In this document: one piece after another, positions 27,886 to 38,366 of the stretch
How the letters are laid out: each line of letters begins with the position of its first letter
Numbering within the stretch: the first letter of the stretch is position 1
DNA from: Methylobacterium sp.
GTDB lineage: Bacteria; Pseudomonadota; Alphaproteobacteria; Rhizobiales; Beijerinckiaceae
Assembly: GCA_020252645.1 (NCBI GenBank)
Contig: JADCCN010000001.1
Span: forward strand, 82,099 to 146,098
Length of the DNA stretch: 64,000 nt
Direction: 5' to 3'
Made by a program: the position numbers and the translations under genes
Notes under the pieces: model-generated
What the model was told of the DNA's origin: nothing
Databases searched by the model: none
The model's input: only the letters and a program-made list of their open reading frames with translations

Positions 27886-29388
27886 TCAGAACAGGCGGAG
27901 GACCTCCGCCTGCTCCGCCGCGCTCATGTGAAGCCCGAGCTTGGAGCGCCGCCAGAGAATGTCATCGGCGGTCATCGCCCATTCGCGGCCCGTGAGCCAT
28001 GCGATCTCCCGGCTCGTGAGCCCGGCACCGAAGGCGCGGCCGAGATCGCCCGCCGAACGCGCCTCGCCCAGCATCTCCACGACATCCGTGCCATAGGCGC
28101 GTGTCAGGCGCCTCGCCTGCCGCCCCGGCAGGAACGGGTAGCGCGCCATGTGCTGCGCCACGAGATCGTCGAAGCCCTCGACCGGGAAATGCCCGCCGGG
28201 AAGGGCCTCGCGGGCGGTCCAGCCGCCCTTGCCGCGGGCGTGCCCGGGCAGATGCGGCTCGAGCTTTTCCAGCGCATGTTCCGCGAGACGTCGATAGGTC
28301 GTGAGCTTGCCGCCATAGACCGAGAGGCTCGCGGCATCGGCCTCGGGCGCTTCGAGATGCAGCACATAATCGCGCGTCGCCTCCTCAGCCTTGGCGGCGC
28401 CGTCATCGTAAAGCGGGCGCACGCCGGAATAGGCCCAGACCACGCTTTCCCGCCTGATCGGCTGCCTGAAATACTCCGACGCCGCCCGGCAGAGATACTC
28501 CGTCTCCGCCTCGCTGATGGCCACGGCGGAGGGGTCGCCCTCATAATCGCGATCCGTGGTGCCGATGAGGGTGAAATCGGTCTCGTAGGGGATGGCGAAG
28601 ATGATCCGACCATCCGCATTCTGGAAGAGATAGGCGCGTTCGTGGTCGAACAGCCGGGGCACGACAATATGGCTGCCCTGCACCATGCGGATGCGCGCGG
28701 GCGTGTTGAACCCCATCACGCCGGTTGTCACCAGCCCGGCCCAGGGGCCTGCGGCATTCACGAGCAGGCGGGCGCGAAATTCCTTCGCGTCGCCGGTTCG
28801 GGTGTCGCGGGTCTGGATGGACCAGACCGCCTCCGCGCCCTGCTGCACCCGGCGCGCCGCGGTCACTTCGGTGCGCGTGAGAATGGTCGCGCCCCGCTGT
28901 TGTGCATCCCGCGCATTCAGCACCACGAGACGCGCATCCTCCACCCAGAGATCGGAATATTCGAAGCCCGAGCTGATGCTCTCGCGCAGAGGCGCGCCGG
29001 CGGGGTCGCGTGTGAGGTTCAGGCTCCTTGCCGCAGGCAGCTTTTCGCGTCCGCCAAGGTTATCATAGAGGAACAGGCCGAGCCGCAGCATCCAGGCGGG
29101 CCTCATGCCGGGCATCTGCGGCAGCACGAAGCGCAGGGGCCAGATGATATGCGGTGCGATGGCCCAGAGCCGCTCGCGCTCCATCAGCGATTCCCGCACG
29201 AGGCGGAACGCGTAATGCTCGAGATAGCGCAAGCCGCCATGGATCAACTTCGTGGAAGCCGAGGAGGTGGCCGAGGCGAGATCGTTCTTCTCGATCAGCA
29301 GCACGGAAAGGCCGCGTCCGGCGGCATCGCGGGCAATGCCGGCGCCGTTGATGCCGCCGCCGATCACCGCGAGGTCGTAAGTCGCCAT
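27886..29388 (-). CDS. glpD: Glycerol-3-phosphate dehydrogenase (FAD-dependent)
   Basis: MATYDLAVIGGGINGAGIARDAAGRGLSVLLIEKNDLASATSSASTKLIHGGLRYLE is the canonical GlpD N-terminus. The start was set at the internal ATG at 29388. Confidence 0.95.
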   Translation of the reverse strand: MATYDLAVIGGGINGAGIARDAAGRGLSVLLIEKNDLASATSSASTKLIHGGLRYLEHYAFRLVRESLMERERLWAIAPHIIWPLRFVLPQMPGMRPAWMLRLGLFLYDNLGGREKLPAARSLNLTRDPAGAPLRESISSGFEYSDLWVEDARLVVLNARDAQQRGATILTRTEVTAARRVQQGAEAVWSIQTRDTRTGDAKEFRARLLVNAAGPWAGLVTTGVMGFNTPARIRMVQGSHIVVPRLFDHERAYLFQNADGRIIFAIPYETDFTLIGTTDRDYEGDPSAVAISEAETEYLCRAASEYFRQPIRRESVVWAYSGVRPLYDDGAAKAEEATRDYVLHLEAPEADAASLSVYGGKLTTYRRLAEHALEKLEPHLPGHARGKGGWTAREALPGGHFPVEGFDDLVAQHMARYPFLPGRQARRLTRAYGTDVVEMLGEARSAGDLGRAFGAGLTSREIAWLTGREWAMTADDILWRRSKLGLHMSAAEQAEVLRLF

Positions 29389-29529
29389 GGAGTTTCGCTT
29401 GTTCTTCTTCTGTCGTGTCAAGGTGAGGAGGCCGGGCGAAAGGACCACGCCCGGCAAGCTCAAGTCAATTGTTAACCAAGAAAGGTTACTATCCTCCCCT
29501 GTCCGGTTCCTGTCACGCGTTGTACCGCC

Positions 29530-30303
29530 ATGCCCTATGCCGAGAGAAACCTGCCGCTATCGGCGGCGCTCGTTGCCTGTCTTGGGCTTTTCGGGCTGGA
29601 GCGGCCCGTCCTGGCCGAAGAAATCCTCATTCCCGGCGTCGATACCGGCAGTGATATCCTGCGCGCGCTGGCGCTCGCCTATGATGGGCGGATGCGCGGC
29701 GAACTGGTGCTGGTGCCCCCGCCCGTGGGTGCGGGCAGTGCCTTGGCCGATGTGATCGGCGACCGGGCGAGCCTCGCCCGCATTGATCGCCCGTTGCGCA
29801 TGGATGAACGTGAGGCGGGCCTGGTGGAGCGCCCGCTCTTCACCCTGCCGGTGCTTGTGCTGGCGCATCCCGGCCTTGGGAAGCCGAACCTCCGCGCGTC
29901 GGATCTCGCCGCCATCCTCGATGGGCGGATCGTGGATTGGTCGAGCCTGGGTGGCCCGCACCTGCCCGTCCGGCTCGTGACGCGTCACGGCCCGCCGGAC
30001 CATGCCCCGCATCGCCGCTGGGCGCGGGCCGAGCGCCAGGCCGATCTCGTGGCGATTATCCGCCGCAGCCCCGGCACGCTGGGCCTTTCCACCGGCCGCC
30101 TGCTGCCGGAGCACGAGCCTCTGCTTGTGAGCATCGACGGCCTTGATATCCGCGATCCCCGCTATCCGCATCGCATCGAGGTCGCATTGGCGCATAAGCC
30201 GGGCCGGCTCACCCCGGCCGTGCTGTCCTTCCTCGCCTTCCTTGACAGCGCCCGCGCGGCGGATCTCGTTTCCGCTTATGGGGGCACCCTGTCGCGGCCA
30301 TGA
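29530..30303 (+). CDS. Secreted PstS-like (PBP-like domain) protein
   Basis: Signal-like N-terminus, then ...GSALADVIGDRASLARIDRPL...ILDGRIVDWSSLGG, which resembles phosphate-binding-protein-like domains. The stop overlaps the next start (ATGA). Confidence 0.6.
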   Translation: MPYAERNLPLSAALVACLGLFGLERPVLAEEILIPGVDTGSDILRALALAYDGRMRGELVLVPPPVGAGSALADVIGDRASLARIDRPLRMDEREAGLVERPLFTLPVLVLAHPGLGKPNLRASDLAAILDGRIVDWSSLGGPHLPVRLVTRHGPPDHAPHRRWARAERQADLVAIIRRSPGTLGLSTGRLLPEHEPLLVSIDGLDIRDPRYPHRIEVALAHKPGRLTPAVLSFLAFLDSARAADLVSAYGGTLSRP

Positions 30304-32366
30304 GGCGGAAGGCGGGGCTGCCCGTTCTCTCCCTGGTCTGGCAGATTCTGGCGGCGTCGCTTGCCTTGCGATGGGCGCTCGTCGTCACGCTGGTTGCGGC
30401 CACGGGCCTCGCGCTGATGGTTCATGCCGTGGGTTCGGCCCTGCGCGCGAAGATCGTTGCGGAGGGGGATCGCCTTACGGAGATCGCGGAACAGAAGGTC
30501 GCGGACCGCCTCGAGATCGAGGCGAGACTTGCGGATCACCGCCTGCGGGGTCTGGTGATGCGCCACGAGGCCGCCTTGCAGGATCTCGCGAACCAGCCCT
30601 TCCTGCTGCGCCTCCTGCGCGAGCGCGACGAGCGGCGCATCGCCGAGCGCCTGCAGGCCGATCTGCCGCGCCTCGGCTTCACGGGGGCGATGCTTCTCGA
30701 CCAGAACCTGATCCCCGTCGGCGCGAATCAGGCCGACCTGCCGCTCGCCATGGCCGAGAAGGCGGTGAAGGTGCTCGATTTCGTCGAGGCGCTGCGGAAC
30801 ATCCTGGCGACCCACGACCGGCGTGCGCCCATCCGCTTCCGGGCGCTTGGCCCGATGGGCCTTGGCATGGAACATCTGTTCCAGATGCCGATCCAGGATC
30901 GCTATGGTCTGATCTCGGCGGTGTCGGTCCATGATGAATTCGGTGATCCCGCCGGACTTGTCATCGCCTATCGCCTGCTCAATCCGGCCGAGGCGACACT
31001 GACGGACTTCGCGGAAACCACGCGCGCCGGGCTTGTTCTGGCGTGGGGCCAGACGGTGATCATCCGCGCCGGCGATGTGCCGGCGGACATCATCCCGCCG
31101 GCGGAGGGCACGACCCGCTATCTCGGCGGTCGCATCTATCGCTGCGTGGCCTCCCTGCCGCAGACGCGGCTTTGCATGCTGCGCGACGAGAACGAGGTCA
31201 TCCAATTCCGCAACGAGTTGCAGCTGATGAGCCAGAGCGAGACCAGCCGCATGCAGACGCGGCTCGCGCTCTTCGCCTCGGGCCTCGCGATCCTGATCGG
31301 CTGGCTCATCCTGTTGCTCACACGCCGGCTGACGGGCCCGCTGACGGATATCACCGGCGAAGTGTCCCGCGTCGCCGCAGGCGAATGGACGAAGGCCGTG
31401 CCCCATGCCCAAAGGTCGGACGAGGTGGGCCGCATCGCACGGGCCATCGAGGCGATGCAGATCGCCCTGATCGAGCGCGACCGCATGCGTCAGGAGATGA
31501 TCCGCATCGATGCGATCAACCAGCGGCGGCTGGCGATGGGCGAGGCGATCGGCCGGTTCGAGAGTGGCGTCGGCGATGTCATGGCCAAGATGGGCGAGGC
31601 GGCCGAGGCGCTTGCCTGCGCCGGCGACGCGATCGGCAAGGCCGCGCGCTCGGCCGAACGCCAGGCCGACCGGATCCAGAAAACCACGATCGCCACCGCG
31701 CAGGAGGCCACGATGGTGTCGGGCGCGACGCTCCAGCTCACGCGCGGCATCGCCGAGATCGAGACGCGCCTGAAATCGACCCGCGCGGCGGTGGAATCCG
31801 GCGAGGAAACCACGCGCGCCGCAGGCGATGATGCGATTGGCCTCTCGCGCCTGGCGACCGAGGCCGAGCAGGCGCTCGGGCATATCCAGAGCCTGGTGGC
31901 CAATCTGGCGCAGGGCGCACTTTCCGCTTCACTCGGCGCCGCGCAGGCGGCGCAGCCGGGCGGCTTCTCCGGCGCGGCCGGAGGGCTCATCCGGTTCACC
32001 GCAGAAACCGCCCAGGCGGCCGAACGGCTTGGCGCTGCCGTCTCACAGGTCGCGATTGTGGCCGAGCTCCAGGCCCGCCGGATCGGCGATCTCGGCGAGA
32101 CTTTCGGGCGCGCCTCGCGCGATACGGCGGAAATCGCCGTGGTGATGGCGGAGCAGGATGCGGCGCGCCGCTCGATCTCCGATGGTCTTGCCGGCGCATC
32201 AAGCGCCATGACCGGCCTCAACGAGGCGGTGGAAGAATTGCGGGTGAGCCTGCAGGGGGCGGGAGAGGCGACTGAGGAACTGCTGCGCGCGGCACGCATG
32301 ATGATCACCGATGCGCAGACGATCGACAACGGCCTGCGCTCCTTCGTGCGCGAGGTTGCCGCCTAG
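30300..32366 (+). CDS. Membrane chemoreceptor-like protein (periplasmic sensor domain, HAMP, diverged methyl-accepting signalling domain)
   Basis: Two TM segments flank an approximately 290-aa periplasmic region. HAMP: RRLTGPLTDITGEVSRVAAGEWTKAVPHAQRSDEVGRIARAIEAM. It has a long Ala/Glu-rich coiled coil. The canonical tip NLLALNAAIEAARAGE-GRGFAVVA-EVR is only faintly recognisable as NLAQGALSASLGAAQAAQPGGFSGAAGGLIRF. Confidence 0.7.
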   Translation: MRRKAGLPVLSLVWQILAASLALRWALVVTLVAATGLALMVHAVGSALRAKIVAEGDRLTEIAEQKVADRLEIEARLADHRLRGLVMRHEAALQDLANQPFLLRLLRERDERRIAERLQADLPRLGFTGAMLLDQNLIPVGANQADLPLAMAEKAVKVLDFVEALRNILATHDRRAPIRFRALGPMGLGMEHLFQMPIQDRYGLISAVSVHDEFGDPAGLVIAYRLLNPAEATLTDFAETTRAGLVLAWGQTVIIRAGDVPADIIPPAEGTTRYLGGRIYRCVASLPQTRLCMLRDENEVIQFRNELQLMSQSETSRMQTRLALFASGLAILIGWLILLLTRRLTGPLTDITGEVSRVAAGEWTKAVPHAQRSDEVGRIARAIEAMQIALIERDRMRQEMIRIDAINQRRLAMGEAIGRFESGVGDVMAKMGEAAEALACAGDAIGKAARSAERQADRIQKTTIATAQEATMVSGATLQLTRGIAEIETRLKSTRAAVESGEETTRAAGDDAIGLSRLATEAEQALGHIQSLVANLAQGALSASLGAAQAAQPGGFSGAAGGLIRFTAETAQAAERLGAAVSQVAIVAELQARRIGDLGETFGRASRDTAEIAVVMAEQDAARRSISDGLAGASSAMTGLNEAVEELRVSLQGAGEATEELLRAARMMITDAQTIDNGLRSFVREVAA

Positions 32367-32409
32367 GGTCAGGCCTCCGAGGTCAGGATTCAAGAGTGAA
32401 ATTCGATCT

Positions 32410-32490
32410 GCACATCATACTCTTATCTTATTATTATCGCATGCTTTTTTGTGAAAAACCGGATTCCACTTTTTCACAGCATGCTCTAGA
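32410..32490. repeat. MITE-like palindromic element, copy 2 (left-truncated)
   Basis: gcacatcatactcttatcttattattatcgcatgcttttttgtgaaaaaccggattccactttttcacagcatgctctaga matches 684-760 and 50718-50796. Confidence 0.8.
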
Positions 32491-33553
32491 CCGGACGGAT
32501 CTGCCGGACATTGGCCGGAAGCGGCTGCGGATCGGGTAGGGGGCGCGCAGCCTTCCGGCTGCCGGAAAGATAACGCGCGATGCGCTCCACCACGCCGGCC
32601 TCGGCGGGGGCGCAGGCATGCGGAATGCCGTGGACCCGGGCACCGGCCTTCGCCGCTTCACGCATCACGGCCGAGACAAGGCCCGGATGGCCGGCGACAT
32701 GCACGGTATCGGTCGCGCCGAGAGCCGGCAGGTGCAGGGTCGCGCGGCCATGGCGCACGGGCGGCAGAGGATGCGCGCCGGATGCGGTGAGGATGATCTG
32801 CTCGACCCCCTGTCGCGCCAGCCATTCCAGGGCGGGGCGCATATAGAGGTCGCGCGGATCATGCGCCGAAGCGATGACATGCACCGGCCGGTGCGGCTGG
32901 CCGAGGCGCGCGGCCACCGCGATGGACCAGATCGCCGAAAAGCCTGTCCCGCTCGAAACGAGCACCAGACGTCCATCGCCCTGCCGCAGATGTGAATGGC
33001 CATAGGGCCCGGCCAGCTTCACGCGGGTGCCGGGGCGGAAGCGTTCCTCGGGGTTCTCGCCGAAAAGCCCGCCCGCCCGCCGGCGGATGTGAAAATGCAG
33101 CGCATCAAGCTCGCGCAGGCCATCGAGCGAGAGGGTGGGCGTGAAACGGCGCGGTGCCGCCTTGCCGAAGGCAAGCGTGACATGCTGGCCGGGCAGGTAG
33201 GGAATGGGCTTCTCGACATGCAGCACGAGTTCCGCCACCTCCGCCGAGAGGCTGCGCCAGGCCATCACTTCCGCCGCGGCTTTCACCTCGCGCGGGAAGG
33301 GGTCGAAGGTCAGTGTCGCTTCCCCCGCCACCCGCGCGCGGCAGGCCAGAATCGTTGGGCCAAAAGGGTCGCCGCCTTCCACCGCGCCGTGGTCGACGCG
33401 GATGCGGCAGCTTTCGCAAGGCATATCATGCGCGCAAAGGCCGGGATCATCCTTCGGGAGGCGCAGGCCCGCGGCTTCGGCGGCCGCCAGCACGGTCTCG
33501 CCGGTGCGCGCCGGGATGCGCGTGCCGTTGATGGTCAGGAACGTGTCGAACAT
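32486..33553 (-). CDS. 2Fe-2S ferredoxin / FNR-like oxidoreductase fusion (oxygenase reductase component-like)
   Basis: It has an N-terminal ferredoxin-like module with Cys pattern C-x6-C-x2-C...C, then FNR-like RRFTPT and LVSSGTGFSAIWS. The start was chosen at the second ATG (MFDTF) because AGGA lies 5 nt upstream; 33559 is the alternative. The TAG stop lies in the repeat terminus. Confidence 0.75.
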   Translation of the reverse strand: MFDTFLTINGTRIPARTGETVLAAAEAAGLRLPKDDPGLCAHDMPCESCRIRVDHGAVEGGDPFGPTILACRARVAGEATLTFDPFPREVKAAAEVMAWRSLSAEVAELVLHVEKPIPYLPGQHVTLAFGKAAPRRFTPTLSLDGLRELDALHFHIRRRAGGLFGENPEERFRPGTRVKLAGPYGHSHLRQGDGRLVLVSSGTGFSAIWSIAVAARLGQPHRPVHVIASAHDPRDLYMRPALEWLARQGVEQIILTASGAHPLPPVRHGRATLHLPALGATDTVHVAGHPGLVSAVMREAAKAGARVHGIPHACAPAEAGVVERIARYLSGSRKAARPLPDPQPLPANVRQIRPV

Positions 33554-33822
33554 GGCCATCCTTGCCTGCCCGTTCCGCAAGGCCTCACCGGAACGAAGCA
33601 AATCAGTCGTTTCGGCAGGATAGAAGCTCTGCCAAAGCGATCAAGCGTGGCAAGGCGCGTTTTCGCGCGTTTTCACGCCGGGCCCGAACCCGCCTGTCCA
33701 CATGGGCATGAGGCTTGTGCGCAATCGGAAAGAGCGGATGGCTGGCGCGCCGAGGCCCGGCACTTTATGGGGCGTGGCAGAACAAAGGAGCGGGGCTTTC
33801 CCGCCGAACAGGGAGTTCGACC

Positions 33823-34251
33823 ATGCTCACCCTCGCCAAGGCCCGCAAGATTGCCGATACGGCCCTCAGGCACGCGCGTGCCAACCACTTCAAGCCGCTT
33901 TCGATCGTCGTGCTCGATGCCCGGGCCCAGCGGAAGGTCGTGCTGACGGAAGACAACACCTCCATCAAGCGCGCGGAAGTGGCCTATTCCAAGGCGAATG
34001 GCGCGCTGGCCATGGGCGCGGGCAGCCGCGCGCTCGGCAAGATGGCGGGCGAGCGTCCCGCCTTCATTCAGGCTGCGATGCACATCGCCGATGGCGCGCT
34101 GGTGCCGGTTCCGGGCGGTGTTCTCATCCGCCACAAGGGCGTGGTGATCGGCGCGGTCGGGATTTCCGGCGACACCTCCGATAACGACGAGGCGGCTGCC
34201 ATTCTCGGCATCGAGGCAGCGGGCTTCACGGCCGATCCGGGAGCGGCATAA
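33823..34251 (+). CDS. GlcG/HbpS-like haem-binding family protein (DUF336)
   Basis: MLTLAKARKIADTALRHARANHFKPLSIVVLDARA...GGVLIRHKGVVIGAVGISGDTSDNDEAAA is the family signature. GGGAG lies 7 nt upstream of the ATG. Confidence 0.85.
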   Translation: MLTLAKARKIADTALRHARANHFKPLSIVVLDARAQRKVVLTEDNTSIKRAEVAYSKANGALAMGAGSRALGKMAGERPAFIQAAMHIADGALVPVPGGVLIRHKGVVIGAVGISGDTSDNDEAAAILGIEAAGFTADPGAA

Positions 34252-34537
34252 GCGCGTTGCCGGGCTCCGGGCGCTTCAGGCGGCCGGTCTTCAGCACGAA
34301 GCCGATGACCTCCGCCACCGCCTTGTAGAGCGGCACGGGGATCTGCTCGTCGAGATCGATCTGAGAGAGCGCCTGCGCGAGCACGGGGTTCTCCTCGATC
34401 GCGATGTCATGCTCGCGCGCGGTCTCGATGATCTTTTCGGCGACGTGCCCTTCGCCCTTGGCGGTGACGATCGGCGCACCATCGCCGAAATCATATTTCA
34501 GCGCGACAGCGACCCTGGCTTGCGGCTTCTCCCTCAT
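34226..34537 (-). CDS. FlhB C-terminal-domain-like protein (EscU/YscU/HrcU export-switch family, stand-alone)
   Basis: AVALKYDFGDGAPIVTAKGEGHVAEKIIETAREHDIAIEENPVLAQALSQIDLDEQIPVPLYKAVAEVIGFV matches the soluble FlhB-CTD homologue family. It overlaps the upstream gene by 4 nt. Confidence 0.85.
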   Translation of the reverse strand: MREKPQARVAVALKYDFGDGAPIVTAKGEGHVAEKIIETAREHDIAIEENPVLAQALSQIDLDEQIPVPLYKAVAEVIGFVLKTGRLKRPEPGNALMPLPDRP

Positions 34538-36039
34538 GAGCGGCGGTCCAGATGCGCGGAGGGGCGATGAACCGGGCCTGCGGGCCGGCCATCCTTCACA
34601 TCGAGATGCGCGACCTCGAAGGCCGCGCCCGTGAGCGCGGCGTGCAGATCACCGATCGCGCGGCGCGCATCCTCGGCCATGGCCTTGCGCTCGGCCCAGA
34701 GCGTCACGCCCACGCGCTGCCCGCGCAGGGCGATCTCGGCCTGAACGGGGCCGGTTTCCTCGAGATCGAGCGCGATGCGCACCTTCCACGGGAAGGCTTC
34801 CGAGCCTTCGCCGCCCTCATCCTCCACCAGGATGCCGGGCGGGAGATCCGGGCGCGGATCGTGCTCGATCATCACGCCGATCATCGCGGTCTCGGGCCGC
34901 TCCTGGCCATGCGTCGCAAGCGGGATCTGGAAGGCGAGGCGGCTCGACTGCGCGCGATCATCGGTCACGGTCATGCCGGGATGATCGGGGAGGGATGCGA
35001 TCTGCTGCAGCTTGATGCGCTCGACCCCGCCCTCCACCAGGCGCGCGAGATCGGGGCCGCGCGGTGTCGGCATTTCCGGCCCGGCAGTCGCGTCGGCGCC
35101 TGCGCCAAGGCTTGCGCGGACGAGGTTCAGCAGCGATTTCAGGTCATGCGGAAGGCTGCCCCCCGCGCCCTGGGCGAGGGCCGCGAGCCGCCCCTCCAGG
35201 AACAGGCCGGATTGCTGCAGCGCCTGCTCGATGCTTGCGGCATCGGGCTTGGCAAATCCATCGATCCGCATGGCGCGCAGCGAAGCGAGGAGGGCCGGGT
35301 CCACGCCGTCGGTCTTGCCCGAGAGCAGGGCGGACAAGGCACTGCCGAGTGGCATCTGCCGCATCGCGGCCTTCAGGCTCGCCTCCAGCAGAGCCGGCGG
35401 CAGGGTGGCCGGAGCCGAAGGGCCGATGCCGCGGCTGCCGCTGGGCTGCGCCGCGGTGCCGCCCGAAGGCGAGGCATCACCCCGCTCGGCCAGTGGCAGA
35501 TGAAGCTGCGCCAGCTTCTGGATGAGTGAACCCGGCGAGCCGGGTGGAAAAAAATCGGCGAGGGGCGGGGCAGGCGAGGCCGATGGGCCGGTGCCGTTCT
35601 GGGAAATCGTGCGGATGGTCGCCGCCGTGATTGCCGGCAGGGCGGGCGCGGGGAGAGACAAGCGGAGCACGCCCGTTTGCGCATCCACCTCCACCTGCAA
35701 ATTCGTTCCGCGCGCGAGCAGGCCCGGGTTGGCCTTCGCGGCGCTGACAAGCGCATCGGGGAGGATCACCTCGAGAGGCATGCCACCGAGGCTGATGGTG
35801 AGGCGATTGCCATGCGGGGCGAGAAGCACGGTCGCGAGGCGCGGCGCATCCGCAGCGGCCAGCGCGGCGCGCAGACGGCCCGCGGCATCGGCCAGCGAAC
35901 CGGGGGCAAGGCGCGTCGCATGATCGGCGGAATGGCCGGTCCCGCCCGAGATTTCATCGAGCACAGCCATCAGGGTCTGAAGGTTTCTGGCCTTCACCTC
36001 CTGAACCGGATTGACCTTGAAGGCTGAAACGCCCGCCAT
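34534..36039 (-). CDS. Flagellar hook-length control protein FliK-like
   Basis: It has an Ala/Pro/Gly-rich low-complexity body and a C-terminal Flg_hook-like domain (...VRIALDLEETGPVQAEIALRGQRVGVTLWAERKAMAEDARRAIGDLHAAL). The start is uncertain (36039 or 36063). Confidence 0.7.
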   Translation of the reverse strand: MAGVSAFKVNPVQEVKARNLQTLMAVLDEISGGTGHSADHATRLAPGSLADAAGRLRAALAAADAPRLATVLLAPHGNRLTISLGGMPLEVILPDALVSAAKANPGLLARGTNLQVEVDAQTGVLRLSLPAPALPAITAATIRTISQNGTGPSASPAPPLADFFPPGSPGSLIQKLAQLHLPLAERGDASPSGGTAAQPSGSRGIGPSAPATLPPALLEASLKAAMRQMPLGSALSALLSGKTDGVDPALLASLRAMRIDGFAKPDAASIEQALQQSGLFLEGRLAALAQGAGGSLPHDLKSLLNLVRASLGAGADATAGPEMPTPRGPDLARLVEGGVERIKLQQIASLPDHPGMTVTDDRAQSSRLAFQIPLATHGQERPETAMIGVMIEHDPRPDLPPGILVEDEGGEGSEAFPWKVRIALDLEETGPVQAEIALRGQRVGVTLWAERKAMAEDARRAIGDLHAALTGAAFEVAHLDVKDGRPAGPVHRPSAHLDRRS

Positions 36040-36193
36040 CCACGCACACTGAAAACGCAACAATCACGAGACAGTTTAGCGCAAGAGCCTTTCGTCTTTC
36101 TTTCTGCAAATGGCGGGATGCGCGCCGTTGCTCTTCGCGCCGCGAACGCCTACATCCCCGCCAACCCCTTCATCCGACCAGCCGGAGCCGTCG

Positions 36194-37846
<1,653 letters not shown>

Positions 37847-37847
37847 T

Positions 37848-37959
37848 CGTCATTGCGAGGAGGGCGAAGCCCGACGCGGCAATCCAGAATGCCTTGCCTG
37901 TTCGATCGATTTTTCTGGATTGCCGCGTCGGATGCGATGCATCCTCCTCGCAATGACGG
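37848..37959. repeat. Structured palindromic repeat, copy A (arms cgtcattgcgaggag..gacgcggcaatccag / ctggattgccgcgtc..ctcctcgcaatgacgg)
   Basis: The left arm is 37848-37887 and the right arm 37915-37959. It fills the whole gap between the ettA stop and the GIY-YIG ATG. Confidence 0.85.
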
Positions 37960-38262
37960 ATGAGGAAGCGTTACGTGAAGCAGCCCTGCGTCTACATCAC
38001 GGCGAACCGCCGCAACGGCACGCTCTATACCGGTGTCACGTCCAACCTTGCCGAGCGGGCGCATCAGCATCGTGAAGGGCTGATTGCCGGCTTCACGAAA
38101 CGATACGGCTGCAAACTTCTGGTGTGGTATGAGACGCTCGAAACCATGCCGGATGCGATTTTTCGTGAAAAGCAGATCAAGGCCGGCTCGCGCAAGGACA
38201 AGCTCGCGCTGATCGAGGCGATGAATCCGGATTGGCTGGATTTATACGACACGCTTGCCTGA
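37960..38262 (+). CDS. GIY-YIG nuclease family protein (YhbQ/UPF0213-type, about 100 aa)
   Basis: KQPCVYITANRRNGTLYTGVTSNLAERAHQHREG...REKQIKAGSRKDKLALIE is the GIY-YIG/URI signature. The alternative start is GTG at 37975. Confidence 0.85.
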   Translation: MRKRYVKQPCVYITANRRNGTLYTGVTSNLAERAHQHREGLIAGFTKRYGCKLLVWYETLETMPDAIFREKQIKAGSRKDKLALIEAMNPDWLDLYDTLA

Positions 38263-38358
38263 CCGTCATTGCGAGGAGCGAAACGACGAAGCAATCCAGT
38301 CCGTTTTTGAACCAGTCTGGATTGCCGCGTCGGCCTGCCGGCCTCCTCGCAATGACGG
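38263..38358. repeat. Structured palindromic repeat, copy B
   Basis: The left arm is 38263-38299 and the right arm 38317-38358. It begins directly after the GIY-YIG TGA. Confidence 0.85.
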
Positions 38359-38366
38359 GGTCCGTT

